This document shows, one piece after another, positions 63,980-64,000 of a stretch of DNA of 64,000 nt. This DNA comes from Raillietiella orientalis (lineage: Eukaryota), in the NCBI GenBank assembly GCA_036172245.1, contig JAYWIR010000002.1, positions 4,836,001 through 4,900,000 of the forward strand, given 5' to 3'. Within the stretch, counting starts at the first letter, position 1. Each line of letters begins with the position of its first letter. The notes under the pieces are model-generated. The model worked only from the letters and a program-made list of their open reading frames with translations. It ran no database searches and had not been told where the DNA came from. A program made the position numbers and the translations under genes.

Positions 63980-64000
63980 CATTTGGGTTCGTAAAGTACC
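63980..64000 (-). CDS. VAMP7: VAMP7-like R-SNARE, 3' end of an internal exon (cut by window edge)
   Basis: Reads GTLRTQM, then donor GTGAAT at 63979. Splices in phase 0 to KYYSED. Confidence 0.75.

Overview
Eukaryotic (animal, probably arthropod/panarthropod) genomic DNA with two compartments. Positions ~1-60,300 are GC-rich and filled with heavily decayed retroelement fragments: many L1/Tx1-like LINE 3' ends plus endonuclease and RT remnants, a tRNA-like-headed ~650 bp repeat family, a NeSL/Utopia-type RLE retrotransposon fossil and a possible Penelope-like remnant. Two near-perfect, apparently young inverted duplications also lie here. The one intact gene in this compartment is an allatostatin-A (FGLamide) neuropeptide precursor on the minus strand (32241-33317), with a single coding exon, a splice acceptor just before the ATG and an AATAAA after the stop. 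From ~60,300 to the end the DNA is AT-rich and holds the 3' part of a VAMP7-like longin R-SNARE gene (minus strand) split by very short 38-56 nt introns, which the ORF track misses. Nearly all other ORFs in the track look like chance ORFs in GC-rich repeat debris. All calls come from reading the sequence by eye; no searches were run.
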